A stretch of DNA of 64,000 nucleotides from Yuukianura sp. NJ FZ-2021 (taxonomy: Eukaryota): the NCBI GenBank assembly GCA_046563655.1, contig CM102287.1:124001-188000 (forward strand), read 5' to 3'. How positions within the stretch are numbered: the stretch's first letter is position 1; each line of letters starts with the position of its first letter. The notes under the pieces are model-generated. The model searched no databases, was not told the DNA's origin, and was given only the letters and a program-made list of their open reading frames with translations. Position numbers and translations under genes: made by a program. Below are positions 1-10,928 of this stretch, one piece after another.

Positions 1-161
1 CTGGACCCTGCTTGCGTACCTGAAGCAATTTCCTCCTCTCGATTCTTAGGCGACTTCGACTTGGACCGATTGTCCTTTAACACCGAATCCAATGCAGTGA
101 ATGAAAATTGTGGTGTTCCTCGATCCCTCTTTTTCCCCGATCCGGAATCACCAGTACTCAT
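1..161 (-). CDS. Start of an unknown ORF that runs off the window edge (MSTGDSGSGKKRDRGTPQF...)
   Basis: ATG at 161 with an open frame to position 1. No recognisable domain in the ~53 aa visible. Confidence 0.35.
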   Translation of the reverse strand, partial: MSTGDSGSGKKRDRGTPQFSFTALDSVLKDNRSKSKSPKNREEEIASGTQAGS

Positions 162-251
162 ACCCTTTTGAAACGGGCGTAATACCTTAAGCAAATCATA
201 TACATACAACTTTAAGTATAGATCCAAAACCAGAAAATAAATTCTTGGATT

Positions 252-1629
252 TTATTCATCACAATGGATAGAATTAAAGATAATTGTCACTGCAATCAGT
301 GAGAAAATTATCATGACACCGAAAAATGCCCATGTAAGTGCTCCGATCTCTGCTACCTCAGCAGTCAGATCGCCTGAACTAGGTTCACAGTCAATTCCGA
401 GAAACTTAGCTAGCTTATAGTATCTGTGGAGTCGGAAATTCCAATCGTATTCCATGATAAGACTCCGTTCTAAAGAATAAAAGCCCAGGTGATGCTCATT
501 TATGCTTATAACAGGTGCATGCACCTCACTCAACTGTACAGGGTTATGAACTTTATCTTGAGGAAACAGTTTCCCCTGAGAGTGGTAGTAACCTAGCCAT
601 GTGCCATTCACTTGTAAGTACAATGTACGTCTCTGCGTTATGACTCCAGTAATTGGAGAGGAAATTCCTAGTTCCCTTGTCAGCTGGGTACCCTTTGTCT
701 AAGATGGTGTTGGTGAAGTATTTCCAGTATTTTCCGTTGGCGAAAATGTAGAGATGTCCATCGAATGGGAAGATCCTCTCGATTCGGATATTCTCAGGAA
801 AATATTGAAAATATTGATGATTGATTACGAATCTAGGATAGCTAAGTTTCCCAGTTCTCTCTACTTGATAATGTCCGAATCCTTGGAACAAGAAGTAGAC
901 GCTGCTTAGATGATAGACGTGCTCTATGAGTCTTGAACACACGGCTCGGTACAGCTGCTGTTGGACTTCCTTCTTTTCGGCATCGATTTGTAGGATCAAG
1001 TGAGCCTGCTCGTAGAGTCGCTCAAGAGCTTGTTTGTCTACTATGCTCAAGTTTAGTTGGGGGTCCCTTATCTTGTACCATGGGAACATGATGGAACTGT
1101 TCTCCGAAGTGTGGACAAGCCCCAGGGCATGACCTACTTCGTGTAACATTACGGTGTACAAGTTAATGCCAGAGGCATTGTGACCTGTAGCCCATTTTTC
1201 AGATGCATCTAAATGCACATCTCCTCCTATCCCTTCACTGGGGTAGAAGGCATGGCCTAGGATACCACCCTCAGCATCAAATGGTTTTGAATCGTTATGA
1301 TCGAACTTGGCAAACTTAATTTGGATCTCTGCAGTTGAGTCACCTGGCTTATTCATAAATGTGAAATTTGAAATCTCATTCCATCTCTGGAACGCTAGCT
1401 TAATATCAGTAAGGGCGTCGGCTTTTCGGATCTCCGAGGGTACGTCCTCTAAAGTCCATCCTAGTTGGAACGTTTTCCACATCCTCGGATTGAACACATG
1501 ACGCTTGGTCCTAAGACTATCAAGTGGGTCTTCCTCCCAGCATCGGATGGCTCCATCGTCCTCTCTCGTGAGCACGGATCCTTCAGCCATCAGCGTCAAT
1601 GTAATTAACAGCAAAACGTAGAGAGACAT
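252..1629 (-). CDS. Intronless membrane-type matrix metalloproteinase (matrixin, M10A) with hemopexin-like region and C-terminal TM helix; one frameshift near 625
   Basis: Signal peptide MSLYVLLLITLTLMAEG, degenerate cysteine switch IRCWEED, furin site RTKR, GGILGHAFYP, zinc motif HEVGHALGLVH, Met-turn SIMFPWY, hemopexin-like LYIFANGKYWKY...GYP. The overlapping ORF 252-623 continues to a TM segment (TWAFFGVMIIFSLIAVTIIF). Confidence 0.88.
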
Positions 1630-1967
1630 CCTTCTCTGCTGTTTTCCTCTCCCTGGAAGGTTGCGTACGGAGTTAATACTCCTCCTTCATTTCATGAAGG
1701 TAGAGCCTACTTAATGCTAGACCCTAACACCCTGGCAAGATCTCCTGCAGTAGGTTCAGTCCCCTCCCAGTCCAAAATCTCGAGGTAAATTACAATAATG
1801 CTCCCTTCCTTGAGCATGGGGTGTATTTGTCAACTTGTGTGACATCATCAGTGAGATAGATGGCCTATCGGACTGGCTAGGTCCGGGCATGATGCTCCAT
1901 GGACTGGGATCTAACCTTGAGTTGACGACAACTCTATGAAAATTCTAAAGCCATTCTTCAGAGGGGC

Positions 1968-4445
1968 TGTGGTACCCCGCCCCTTCGCATCGCTAGTGTT
2001 CTAAGGAACAGCTGCAGAGACTTGACCTTCTCCCTGTTCTTAACTATGCTAAGTCCATTGGTCTCAGGCGGAACCTTCGCCACCTCCGGACCTAGCGCGG
2101 TATCCTGTTGTCTAGATTCTAGCTTATGTCCTACCTAATAACAAGTTTCGGCTGGTCGCGACTCCAGCGTCCGCAAGCGTTCGGATTATCCTTCGACTAA
2201 GAGCAGTCATGGGGCATTCTCGCCAAATACCATGACCCCGGTCAAACATACACCAGTTGCTAAGGGTCTACCTCTTGACCCCGACTTGTCCCTAAAGGCG
2301 GGAAGCATCAAGTCCTTACGAGGACTCAGACCTAAAGCTATTGTCCTTAAACAGTACTACATAGTCACGAGGTCTATCCTCCCTCGTGACGAAGTCATTT
2401 CTAAATTTCTGCAATTTGAGCGAAGGCTCCTCCCTTCACTCTACTTAAGTGTCGACTAACTGTGGGAAGGGTTCCCCCCTTCCACTCTACTCATACTCTT
2501 TAATTATGAAGTGAAAGCTTTGAGAAGAAAAGAAACAGAAGAAAGCTAAACGAGTTCTTGTCATTACTTCGGATTCAGTCTTGACGTTACTTAAAAACAA
2601 GTATGAGATCAGTAGATTATTACAATGTAGGAGTATGGTTACTCCTATACAAAAAGCTGCTGAGGTCAAGAGAGGTCATAACGTCAAAAAGCCTTTTTCT
2701 GAATGCGAATTTACGTTAATCCTGTCTATGTTTGAAAAGATACTAAGCGAAAAGATAAATTTTAATTTTCAATTGAAACTTAATTCGAAATTCAAGAATT
2801 TGTCATTTGAAGAAAATTGAAATGTAAGTCCATGCATGAATTCTACTAGTTTGAATTTTGAGTGTTCGCGCCGAAATTCTGTTCAAAATTTTTATACAAT
2901 GAAACTTGTATAGTAGTTAATTAACTTATTATGACTTCTTCAGGGATTAATCAGACGTTATGCAATTGTACTTTGTTGAAATGAATTCAAATCAGCTGAG
3001 AATTTCATGAAATATGAGTTTGCTAAAATTTGCACTATTTTCGGCCTTTTGCAAAAACAGAATTATGAAATGGGAAAAACATTAGATGTAACACATGAAA
3101 CTTTAAAAATTTTGCTTAGAACTGACTACTGAACTGCAAGAAGATAAGACTTGATGTTCATCCATACATCATACTTTAAATTTTCAAAATTTAAATTTTC
3201 GCGCCAAAAGTAATTTTTCAAAAATTCTTCAGAAATGTGAAAGAGGACTTGCCATTTAGGCTGTGGGCTATAGGCCTACCCTTGCAAATAGTAAAAATTT
3301 TCAAATTCGAATTTTCCCGCCAAAAACAAGTTTCAAATTCTAAGAGCTGCTTTCTCCAGACGTTATGTTAAACGTTATTCTAGTTGACCTCGCTTGACCT
3401 TAAGTGAATCTAGGGACTATACAGAAGGATCTCAGTAGAACCTCCATTGAAACAGGGTGATTTTTGATGCTCTTATTTTGCTAATCTAATATTAATGTTC
3501 CCTTTTGATTGTTCTCTGAAAACAATCAAACGGCGGGTCTAACACCCGCCCCACCCCACTTGACCTGAAACTTGACCCTTCTGGGTCCCTGGGACTCATA
3601 TGACCTCAAAATGAACCAATGCCGCAGTTTTACTCTCTACCTTGCCTTCTACCTAGGTGGGGCCGGTCCCACCGGACCCACCTTAAATGACGTATGAAAA
3701 GTGTATGTCTAACTAACCCTTGAACCAAGATAAGAAGGGAAGATTCCCTTACCTCTGTCAGCTACAGTAGTATTCGGTGAAAGTGGCAGCGGCAGATGCG
3801 TGAGCTGTGAAGACGAAGCTGTGGAGATGCGTGGAGCCGTGAAACGTGGAATTGAAGACTGCCGAAAAGATCTTCCCAAGAACAGTGTTTATTTGTAAAA
3901 GACTTAGTGCTTAGACCTTAGACCTTAAGTTGGAGAGAGAGAGAGTACTTGGCCAGAAGCTAATCTAGAAATGACTTAACGCTAACAAGTTGTTACTTAT
4001 ATTTATAACCTTACTCTTGACCCAGCTTGTCCTTCAACTGAGGGACGCTTAGCGACCTGAGTTCAAAGTTGGACGTTAATGACCAGGATCTATGATCCTG
4101 TTCTGTCATTAAAGTCCAAGATTGAACTAAGTTGTGGGACTATGCAAGTTGATTATCTGGGCACTTTGTATGAATGTCAACTTTTGATGAGTTGACATTC
4201 ACATGTCTAACAAGTGTAAAACTTGTTAAACAAGCAACTTTGTTGCTTGCCCTCCCACTGATCCGTCATGTCAAAGATCAATTGTCATAAATCTTTGATA
4301 CTTGATCCTCTTGAGAAAGAGGAAAAGAGCTGAGTCTTTGCTTTCCTACTTGTTCTATTAAAACTAATGTTTATTTTACATTCGTCCGGTTTCGGCCCAC
4401 CGGGAGATTTCAAAATCTCCGGGTGGCTCGAAATCCGACGTTACA
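1968..4445. repeat. Putative long (~2.5 kb) LTR, rich in hairpins
   Basis: TG...CA ends and adjacent PPT-like tract. Minus-strand TATAAATA near 4000 and AATAAA near 3890. Many short inverted repeats. No second copy in the window to confirm the boundaries. Confidence 0.45.
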
Positions 4446-4510
4446 AAATGAATACTGAAACAATCGTCGAGAAATTGTAGGAATTTATATTTTATTTACC
4501 GAAAAAAAAA

Positions 4511-5097
4511 TTATTTGAACCAATCGCAATAAGAAAAGCATGCCTGGGATGACCCTGAGTGACCCCTATTCGTACAGATGCCTAAACTGTTATAAAAATC
4601 ATGTACAATTTTTTCGTTTTTGTTTAAATTTTTAGGACTAAATATACGTAAAGAACTACACAAATCTTTTCCGCTGCTCAACTCTTGAAAGACTTTTAAG
4701 CAGAACATGCCGCACGTTGCACTGTCATCCTTTTGTAGTTTTTTAGTGTTCCATTCTGAGATTGTAGTGCATGGGCCGTAAGCAAGAGATAGGTTGTAAT
4801 CGCTAGGCAATTTCCCAAAACTGTCAAAAAAACCAACCGGCCTTGCTCCAAGTGCGCCCAGAGAACCCAATGGATTCCTAAATTAAAACAAAAAATAAAT
4901 CTCTTGCGTTTCCATATTTTTTTTTACCTCAAGCATTTACCTGGAGAAGAAGTTAAGCCGGTATTTTGTATACAACAGAATGGAGGGCGTGGGTTTAGAA
5001 GGCTAATTCCATCATTAGAACTAACAAAAGTTCGAATTTTCGGGTCAGAGCACTCTTTTATACATGCCATCGCTTCCTCCAGTTCCGCCCCGTTCAT
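4511..5097 (-). CDS. Adenain-like (C5) cysteine maturation protease; 1 intron and a 1-nt frameshift in a T-run
   Basis: ATG at 5097 lies 2 nt after the MCP stop. GT-AG intron 4878-4940 joins NTGLTSSPG to IHWVLW (catalytic His), followed by FDSFG, LQ and TCGMFC. The T7 run at ~4826-4832 (minus strand) needs an eighth T to stay in frame. Confidence 0.85.
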
Positions 5098-5099
5098 CC

Positions 5100-6401
5100 T
5101 CAAGTTTTAAGAACTTGCGCGTTTCTGTTTTTGTCAATTGTTAATACGTTTTGAAAAGTTCCCAGCACAATCAACTCGACTGGCTCGTTCAGGGCTTCAC
5201 CAAAGACTGCAGTTACACGGACGGGTCCTTCGCGAGCAGGAAGGAGGTCATTGTTGGATACAGCAGCTTCAGAAAGTTGGAAAAGGTAGACGGCGTTGCC
5301 AAGTTTGAAATTCTCGCGGGAAATTCCGTTTCCAAAAGAACCGAGTGTATCAAATAGAGCCACGAATGGTTCCATGTACAGGTTTGCAGCGTAATTACAG
5401 ACAAGTTCTCTGTAAAATGGAACAAATTCTTCGGTTCTGACGCTGATTGAAGTTATGCCAAAGTCGGCAAAATTCTGTGGGCTATTCTTGTAGTTTCCTC
5501 GAAACGCTTTTGATTTAACCAAGGCAATTGCAACAATCGTAGGCATCCTGCGAAGAAAAAGTCGATCCGAGGTGAAGCTGACAGTTCCGGAAGCTATCGT
5601 GTTTCTTTCAATTTCAATTTCTCGGTAACTGTAGATTGCTTTTTTTCCATGGTTGAATAGTTGCTGATGGTTAGAGTAGATTCGAGGGCTAATTGTATGT
5701 GCCTTGAGATGAAAGACGGCATCTTCAATGGAATACGTATACTTTGTGTCGGTGGGCGTGTCCAAGCAGAAAGGGGCGGAGTTTTTAGTCAGTGTAAGTT
5801 CAATTTTTAGTCCCGAAGGAATCCATCGTTGGAGTTCACACAATGAACATGAAATTTTTCCAAACAAATCAAAGGTCTTTGACCCGGCACACATTGCTTT
5901 TCGTTTCGTATATCCAGTGTTTGTTGCGTCAAAGACATCCTGTTTGGAATCTGGGTAGTAGGCAATTGATGACAGGAGGCTCGCTTTGAGTTCTTGACTG
6001 TAGCCCAGGAGATGCGACAGAATTCCTCTGTAACTGTAACTTTGTGGGTACTCACTCATTTGGACGCCACCTACCGTGACCGTGCAGGAGTCAAAGATTG
6101 TGTAGAACATCATGTTGCTAATAGCAACGTCGGCAGTATCCGGAAGCGTTTCTCCACTTGCAGTGAGAACTTTACATTTTAGGTATAGGTATGAAGATGA
6201 GAAATCCAAGTAAACGTTTGGCGGAAATTGAAACTGCCCAATGTTGAATGTGATTTGAGGATTTTCTTTTACAGTATTCACAGGAATAATCTTGATGAAC
6301 TCTGTTTGCTGCACACTAATGTCAGTCGGGGGAACTGAAAATAGATCGAGTTGGGAGATGTAGTTGGGTTTTGTCCCCGGAAGCGTGTTTACTGAAGCCA
6401 T
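5100..6401 (-). CDS. Polinton major capsid protein (double jelly-roll, PY/hexon-like), 433 aa, intronless
   Basis: N-terminal SQLDLFSVPPT, YLD..SYLYLKCKV, YSYRG, F.G.Y.NSP.NF and C-terminal IDKNRN are typical of Polinton MCPs. Located between the penton and protease genes. Confidence 0.88.
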   Translation of the reverse strand: MASVNTLPGTKPNYISQLDLFSVPPTDISVQQTEFIKIIPVNTVKENPQITFNIGQFQFPPNVYLDFSSSYLYLKCKVLTASGETLPDTADVAISNMMFYTIFDSCTVTVGGVQMSEYPQSYSYRGILSHLLGYSQELKASLLSSIAYYPDSKQDVFDATNTGYTKRKAMCAGSKTFDLFGKISCSLCELQRWIPSGLKIELTLTKNSAPFCLDTPTDTKYTYSIEDAVFHLKAHTISPRIYSNHQQLFNHGKKAIYSYREIEIERNTIASGTVSFTSDRLFLRRMPTIVAIALVKSKAFRGNYKNSPQNFADFGITSISVRTEEFVPFYRELVCNYAANLYMEPFVALFDTLGSFGNGISRENFKLGNAVYLFQLSEAAVSNNDLLPAREGPVRVTAVFGEALNEPVELIVLGTFQNVLTIDKNRNAQVLKT

Positions 6402-6462
6402 CTTGAGACTGACTACCGACTAACGCTGGACTGAAGACTGAGGAATCTTGTAAATGGTTCTT

Positions 6463-6822
6463 CTATTTAAACGATTTTGGAGGTCTTGCTTGTTTCGTTG
6501 GTCCACAGCCGCTCTTTTTCTTTTTAGGAGTTTTCTTTTTAGAAGCAGAAGTTTCCACCGCGGAGACTTTCTTTTGTGGTGATTTTCCTTTTCTTTTAGC
6601 AGCTCCAGTCTTTTTACGGCCCTTGGATTTTTTTCTTCCTTCTCCTGTCATTTCTGAAGCACCGTTCTTTTTACCCTTTTTAGCTTTTTTCACACTCTGG
6701 AATGGAATTGAATTTGGTAAAACTACAGGAGTCAACGCCCCGTACCCAACCTGGCGAGTCTTTTCTCCGTCCATTCTTTTTAAAAGCTTACAACTTTCAC
6801 CTTCACACACAACTTCAAGCAT
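6463..6822 (-). CDS. Small Lys-rich putative DNA-binding core protein
   Basis: First ATG at 6822 with TATAAATA upstream. Very basic C-terminal half. GxG motifs QVGYG, MTGEG and KSGCG; MTGE/G fits the adenain cleavage consensus. Confidence 0.65.
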   Translation of the reverse strand: MLEVVCEGESCKLLKRMDGEKTRQVGYGALTPVVLPNSIPFQSVKKAKKGKKNGASEMTGEGRKKSKGRKKTGAAKRKGKSPQKKVSAVETSASKKKTPKKKKSGCGPTKQARPPKSFK

Positions 6823-6888
6823 GTGGCCTGTGGATCCGACGAAAGTCAAATGACGACTAACTAATGGAGCAGATTATTTATATTGGTT

Positions 6889-7989
6889 TCACAAAGTTTT
6901 ATTTTGAAAATGAAGTACGACGGCAGAATATAAATCGTTAGCTTGAGGAATTGGTTCCATATTTTCAAAAACGAGATCGATTCCAATTTCACTAATTTCC
7001 CTCCGGTCCATGTCAACAGGAAAGTATAGCAATGGCCGTGGAGTTTCGTGTACAATTCTAACAACTTCCTCTTTTTTCACATCTCGCCTTGGTAAAATGC
7101 TCATATGCCGAACTGCCTTGGATTTGAATTCCTGTGGTTTAACAGCATCGCAGAGCACAATCACATTGTTGTGATGTATATCCAGGTCAATGTTGGCGAT
7201 TGTCGGAGATGAAGTGTTGCTGTAGCTAAACCAAAATGGAGTTTTGAGGCCAAAAGTTTTTTCAAGAAATTCCGAGAGACGAACACGATAGCCACTTCCG
7301 GAGACGCCGTTGACGCTGAGTTTGCTTTCGTCGTAGGAAAATGAAATTTTCATCTGCTTCAAAGCAACGTTAATTTCACTAACTATGCCTTCGACTGTCT
7401 TGTCTTTGGGTTCATTGACCTTTACAGTAGAGCTGACTTCACGAAAAACAGTAAACTTTAGCGGCTCTGAAATGTCAATTGCGTCCAACGCTGCTTGGCT
7501 TGGAGACAACGGCGCACTAGTTTCACCCTGGCCAAACACATTTTTTGTAAATCCGAGAGCACGCGAATAGACTTCTGGAATTTTCACGTCGTAGCCAGCG
7601 TCATTGTTGCGAAATGTTAAAAAGTCATATCCTTCAACTACTTCCAATAGAAATGTCAGCTTGTTGTTGAATATTGCAAAATTCGTATTGCATTTGTTCA
7701 TTGTTTCAATATAACTTTCACTTTCGGCTCGAAATACTTCCATGCTTGATTCGAAGCGCTGAACCAAGGAAACGACATTGTCGTCGGGTTCATGGCCAAA
7801 AATCGTATACTTTCCAGTGTCTGGCGTTGCAGGGTACCACAAATTACAAACTGCAACTTCTAGCGGGAGATTCTTTTGCAAAGGAATATTGTCCAAAAGC
7901 TTATTTCGAAAAGAACTTGTATTATTAGATGGGAAGAATGAGGGAAATGAAGTAGAACCTAGAGTCACGAAGCGCGAAAACGGGTACAT
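6889..7989 (-). CDS. Polinton minor capsid (penton-like) protein, 366 aa, intronless
   Basis: N-terminal TL.S...FFPSNNTSSFRNKL...EVAV and C-terminal LYFPV...ISEIGIDL...VVLHF are typical of Polinton penton. The ATG is 1 nt after the integrase stop. Confidence 0.8.
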   Translation of the reverse strand: MYPFSRFVTLGSTSFPSFFPSNNTSSFRNKLLDNIPLQKNLPLEVAVCNLWYPATPDTGKYTIFGHEPDDNVVSLVQRFESSMEVFRAESESYIETMNKCNTNFAIFNNKLTFLLEVVEGYDFLTFRNNDAGYDVKIPEVYSRALGFTKNVFGQGETSAPLSPSQAALDAIDISEPLKFTVFREVSSTVKVNEPKDKTVEGIVSEINVALKQMKISFSYDESKLSVNGVSGSGYRVRLSEFLEKTFGLKTPFWFSYSNTSSPTIANIDLDIHHNNVIVLCDAVKPQEFKSKAVRHMSILPRRDVKKEEVVRIVHETPRPLLYFPVDMDRREISEIGIDLVFENMEPIPQANDLYSAVVLHFQNKTL

Positions 7990-7990
7990 T

Positions 7991-9155
7991 TTATGCGGTC
8001 ACTGGGGTCAGATCTTCGTTTAAGAAACTCCCTAAAAAAAGAATTGGATGTGGCTTTGTCAACTGGCAAAATCCGTCTAAAATGATTACCTTTAATCTCC
8101 TCCTTTTTTAGCGTCTCAAGATAGTAAAAGGGAGGCACGGCGCTGATTGCCTTTCTAATCCTATAAAAAAAGAAACGCTTGGCATACATTCGAAAACAGG
8201 GCGAATATGCTTCTTTACCTAAAGACTTCCGTAGAGTACGATTGTGACGTTGAAGCTTTTTCAAAAGTTAGCCGCTTTCTAGCGACCCTCACGAGCTGAC
8301 CCACCTGAAGAAAAAGACTATGTTTTAATGAGACAAAGTGAATGTTTAGCATCAACTCAATACCTTGAATTTTGGCTTCTCGGGTTTGGAATTTATCAGT
8401 TTGTCGTACACGTTTATAAAAACCGTGGTTTTGTTTTTTGGGTCAATAGCCTCTGTGGGGGTCATCTTCAGAGTTGAATGCACCGTTTTATTGTAATTTG
8501 AGACAATGTCCGGCCATAGAGTTTTCATAGAAGACTTTGGATTTGCAAATTGAGCCCGGGTCAAGTTTCTTCTTAACGTTTGAATTACACGTTCTACTTG
8601 TGAAACTTTTCTCGCAGTTCTCGGGGAATAGCTGTGAATGTCATTGGCTTCCAAATATTTCAAAAGGCTTTTATTCTTGAATTCTTTGCCAAAATCAGAA
8701 GCCAAGAAATGCGGGAGATGCTGAGAAAAAAAATGATAAACTTTAAATGGACATGAGAGAGAAAAGAAGACATTTACCCCAGCTTTTTTGAAAACTTTCT
8801 TTATGGCTTCTAGAACGACCCGTGCTGTCTTGTTGACACAGAACTCTGTCCACACAAAGCGGCTAAACAAGTCCATGCAGATGAGAATGAAGCCAATCTT
8901 TTCTTTTTTGGCAGACTTTTTGTCCAACTGTAAAAGATCCACTCCAAATGTCATATAAGGAAAAAACGTTAATACTGGCCTGGTCCTTGGCTTTCTTTGC
9001 GGCCTGTGTAAAGAATATGCAGGAACTCCGGACAAAGCTTGCTTGACCTTTTCTTTGTCTAAAAAGCCTGACGACTTTAAGAATGATGGAAAACCTGAAA
9101 AGCTTCCAACTGCTTTTTTATTTAAATAGGCTGACTTTATTTGTCTTTCAGACAT
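7991..9155 (-). CDS. Polinton retroviral-like (DDE) integrase, 5 exons
   Basis: Catalytic motifs GVDL, ASDFGKEF, VERVIQT. GT-AG introns 8721-8777, 8305-8363, 8161-8218 and 8032-8089 restore the typical C-terminus KFKVGQLVRV...FEK...YSTEVFRI...YYL...EEIKGSF. Confidence 0.9.
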
Positions 9156-9286
9156 GCTAAGAACCTACGGAAGAAATTACACAAAACAGTGTATGACGGA
9201 GACTGCCGGATGAGTATGACTTTTTACCAAATTTATTTAAAAAATGACCGAATTTTCGAGAATTATTTAAGCTTAAGACTCAGGGG

Positions 9287-9750
9287 TCAGTTGGTATCCA
9301 TAGCGTCTTCTTCGTTCCAGTCCATTGACTTTACCAAGAAGCACGGATTTTCAAAACACTGTGATCCGGTTCGTCCACAGCCCAAGATACACGGTTCGGA
9401 AAGTACCAAGTGACACTTCATGTCCTTCATGAACTCTTCCAAGTCTCCTTCCCGAACATAGGCCGAGTGATCCGCTGCCAGTTCATTCATTGTCTTGTCC
9501 TTGTTAATTTCTGCATGGTAGACGTAACAGTCACGGTGATCCCAGCGGTTCCAGCAGCCATATTTCAACACAGCGCTGCCAAGTTGGCGTATGACAGGAT
9601 CCACTACGGCAAGCTCGTCCAAAAGTTGAGCCAATGGCTTTTCCTGTCTGTTTGGGCAATCTAGATACAAAAAGAAATTAGTTTCAAAGGTCAAAAACTG
9701 ACAATTTCTAAAATTTTACCCGCCAACGGTGGAGAATCTTTTATCGGCAT
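9287..9750 (-). CDS. Polinton accessory Cys/His-containing protein, 2 exons
   Basis: ATG at 9750, 59-nt GT-AG intron 9661-9719, TATA-like motif near 9805, AATAAA downstream. No family recognised. Confidence 0.6.
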
Positions 9751-10049
9751 TTTGAAAATGATGGCGTTTACTACGGAATGATGGCTTTTACAAACTCCTG
9801 TCGCTTTATATACCCTATCGAACTGAGTAGAAACGTTTTGAAAAGATGTTGACTAGAAATTTCCGAAATTTTCGGTCCATTGAAAATTCCGCTCTGTTGA
9901 ACTCAAAAGGCCCTACGGCATACTAAATGCGATTACTCATGCACACAAAAAAAAAGCCAAGGAAATATATTCTTGTGCACTTTCCTCCTTTGTATTCAGT
10001 CGCACTTTCCTCATCCCCTCCTCAAGTCACACAAAATCTTCAGAAAGCA

Positions 10050-10928
10050 ATGGAAAACACAGAGCCAGCTAACAACCAGTTTCCTAGCCATGAAGAATTG
10101 CCAGAAGAAAGAGATTGGACAGAAGTATACAAAGTGAAAATCAGTCATCCGGACACTTTGGATTGCACTTTAATAACGACAGGCCCTAAGATTTTAAAAG
10201 TACTACGCATTGAACAGCACGGCACGGCAACCACTGTTGATTTCGAAGTGATACCAAAACTCATCGGAAAGCTTTTTCAACTTTATCTTCAGAACGGTGG
10301 GCGAGCGAGCGAGCTGCCGTATGTAACACTTTATCATGAGAGAGGTTCAACATGCCTTATAATTCGACACAAAGACTCCAAGGAGGTTAGGAGCTGGCCG
10401 CAGGATTCTGAAAACGGTCGTAAAACTGATCCAGACCCAATCCGCTGCCCACAAGGAATGTATCCCGCGCCAATTATCGTGTATCAGACGTCTCAAATGG
10501 ACGGGTTTTGGCCTAGGCACGCAGAATCTCGTGATAGCAGTACCGATTGGGCACAATTAGACAAATTGCGCATCAGTCAGCCGGACGCTTGGGATTGTTC
10601 TCTAATTACGGAAGATCTTAAGGTCTCGAAGGTCATCCGCATCGAACAGCACGGCGCGGCAGCCACCGTGGATTTCCAAATGATTCCGAGCCTAATCGGC
10701 AAATTGTTTCAACTCTTTCTTGGAAGCGGCGGGAGAGTGACAGAACTGCCGAGAGTAAAACTTTATCACCAGAAAGGCACTACATACCTTGTGATTCGGG
10801 ACAATGACTCTGTGGACAATTGGAACTGGCCAACTGATTGGGAAACGGGTCCTAGGATTACGCCTCTAGGAAAATTAATCGAGTATCAGACATATCGAAT
10901 CGAAGGAGACGAGGTATTCGTGGCATGA
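10050..10928 (+). CDS. Polinton accessory protein made of two tandem homologous domains
   Basis: The block ISHPDTLDCTLIT...RIEQHG...VDF..IP.LIGKLFQL...GGR..ELP.V.LYH occurs twice. Likely start is MENTEP at 10050. Confidence 0.7.
   Translation: MENTEPANNQFPSHEELPEERDWTEVYKVKISHPDTLDCTLITTGPKILKVLRIEQHGTATTVDFEVIPKLIGKLFQLYLQNGGRASELPYVTLYHERGSTCLIIRHKDSKEVRSWPQDSENGRKTDPDPIRCPQGMYPAPIIVYQTSQMDGFWPRHAESRDSSTDWAQLDKLRISQPDAWDCSLITEDLKVSKVIRIEQHGAAATVDFQMIPSLIGKLFQLFLGSGGRVTELPRVKLYHQKGTTYLVIRDNDSVDNWNWPTDWETGPRITPLGKLIEYQTYRIEGDEVFVA

Larger units (their letters stand above)
1..4445. mobile_element. Probable LTR retroelement (partial) carrying an MMP gene, inserted into the Polinton downstream of the protease gene
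   Basis: The block 1968-4445 starts TGTGGTACCCC and ends CCGACGTTACA (TG...CA), preceded by a PPT-like AGAGGGGC. Sequence style changes abruptly at 4445. No gag or pol is recognisable in the window and only one LTR is present. Confidence 0.5.

Noticed and set aside
1968..4445. Solo LTR inserted in the Polinton, which would make the MMP a Polinton gene
   Set aside because: The flanks (GGGGC versus AAATG) give no TSD, and the DNA to the left resembles the LTR block rather than the Polinton. Not fully excluded.
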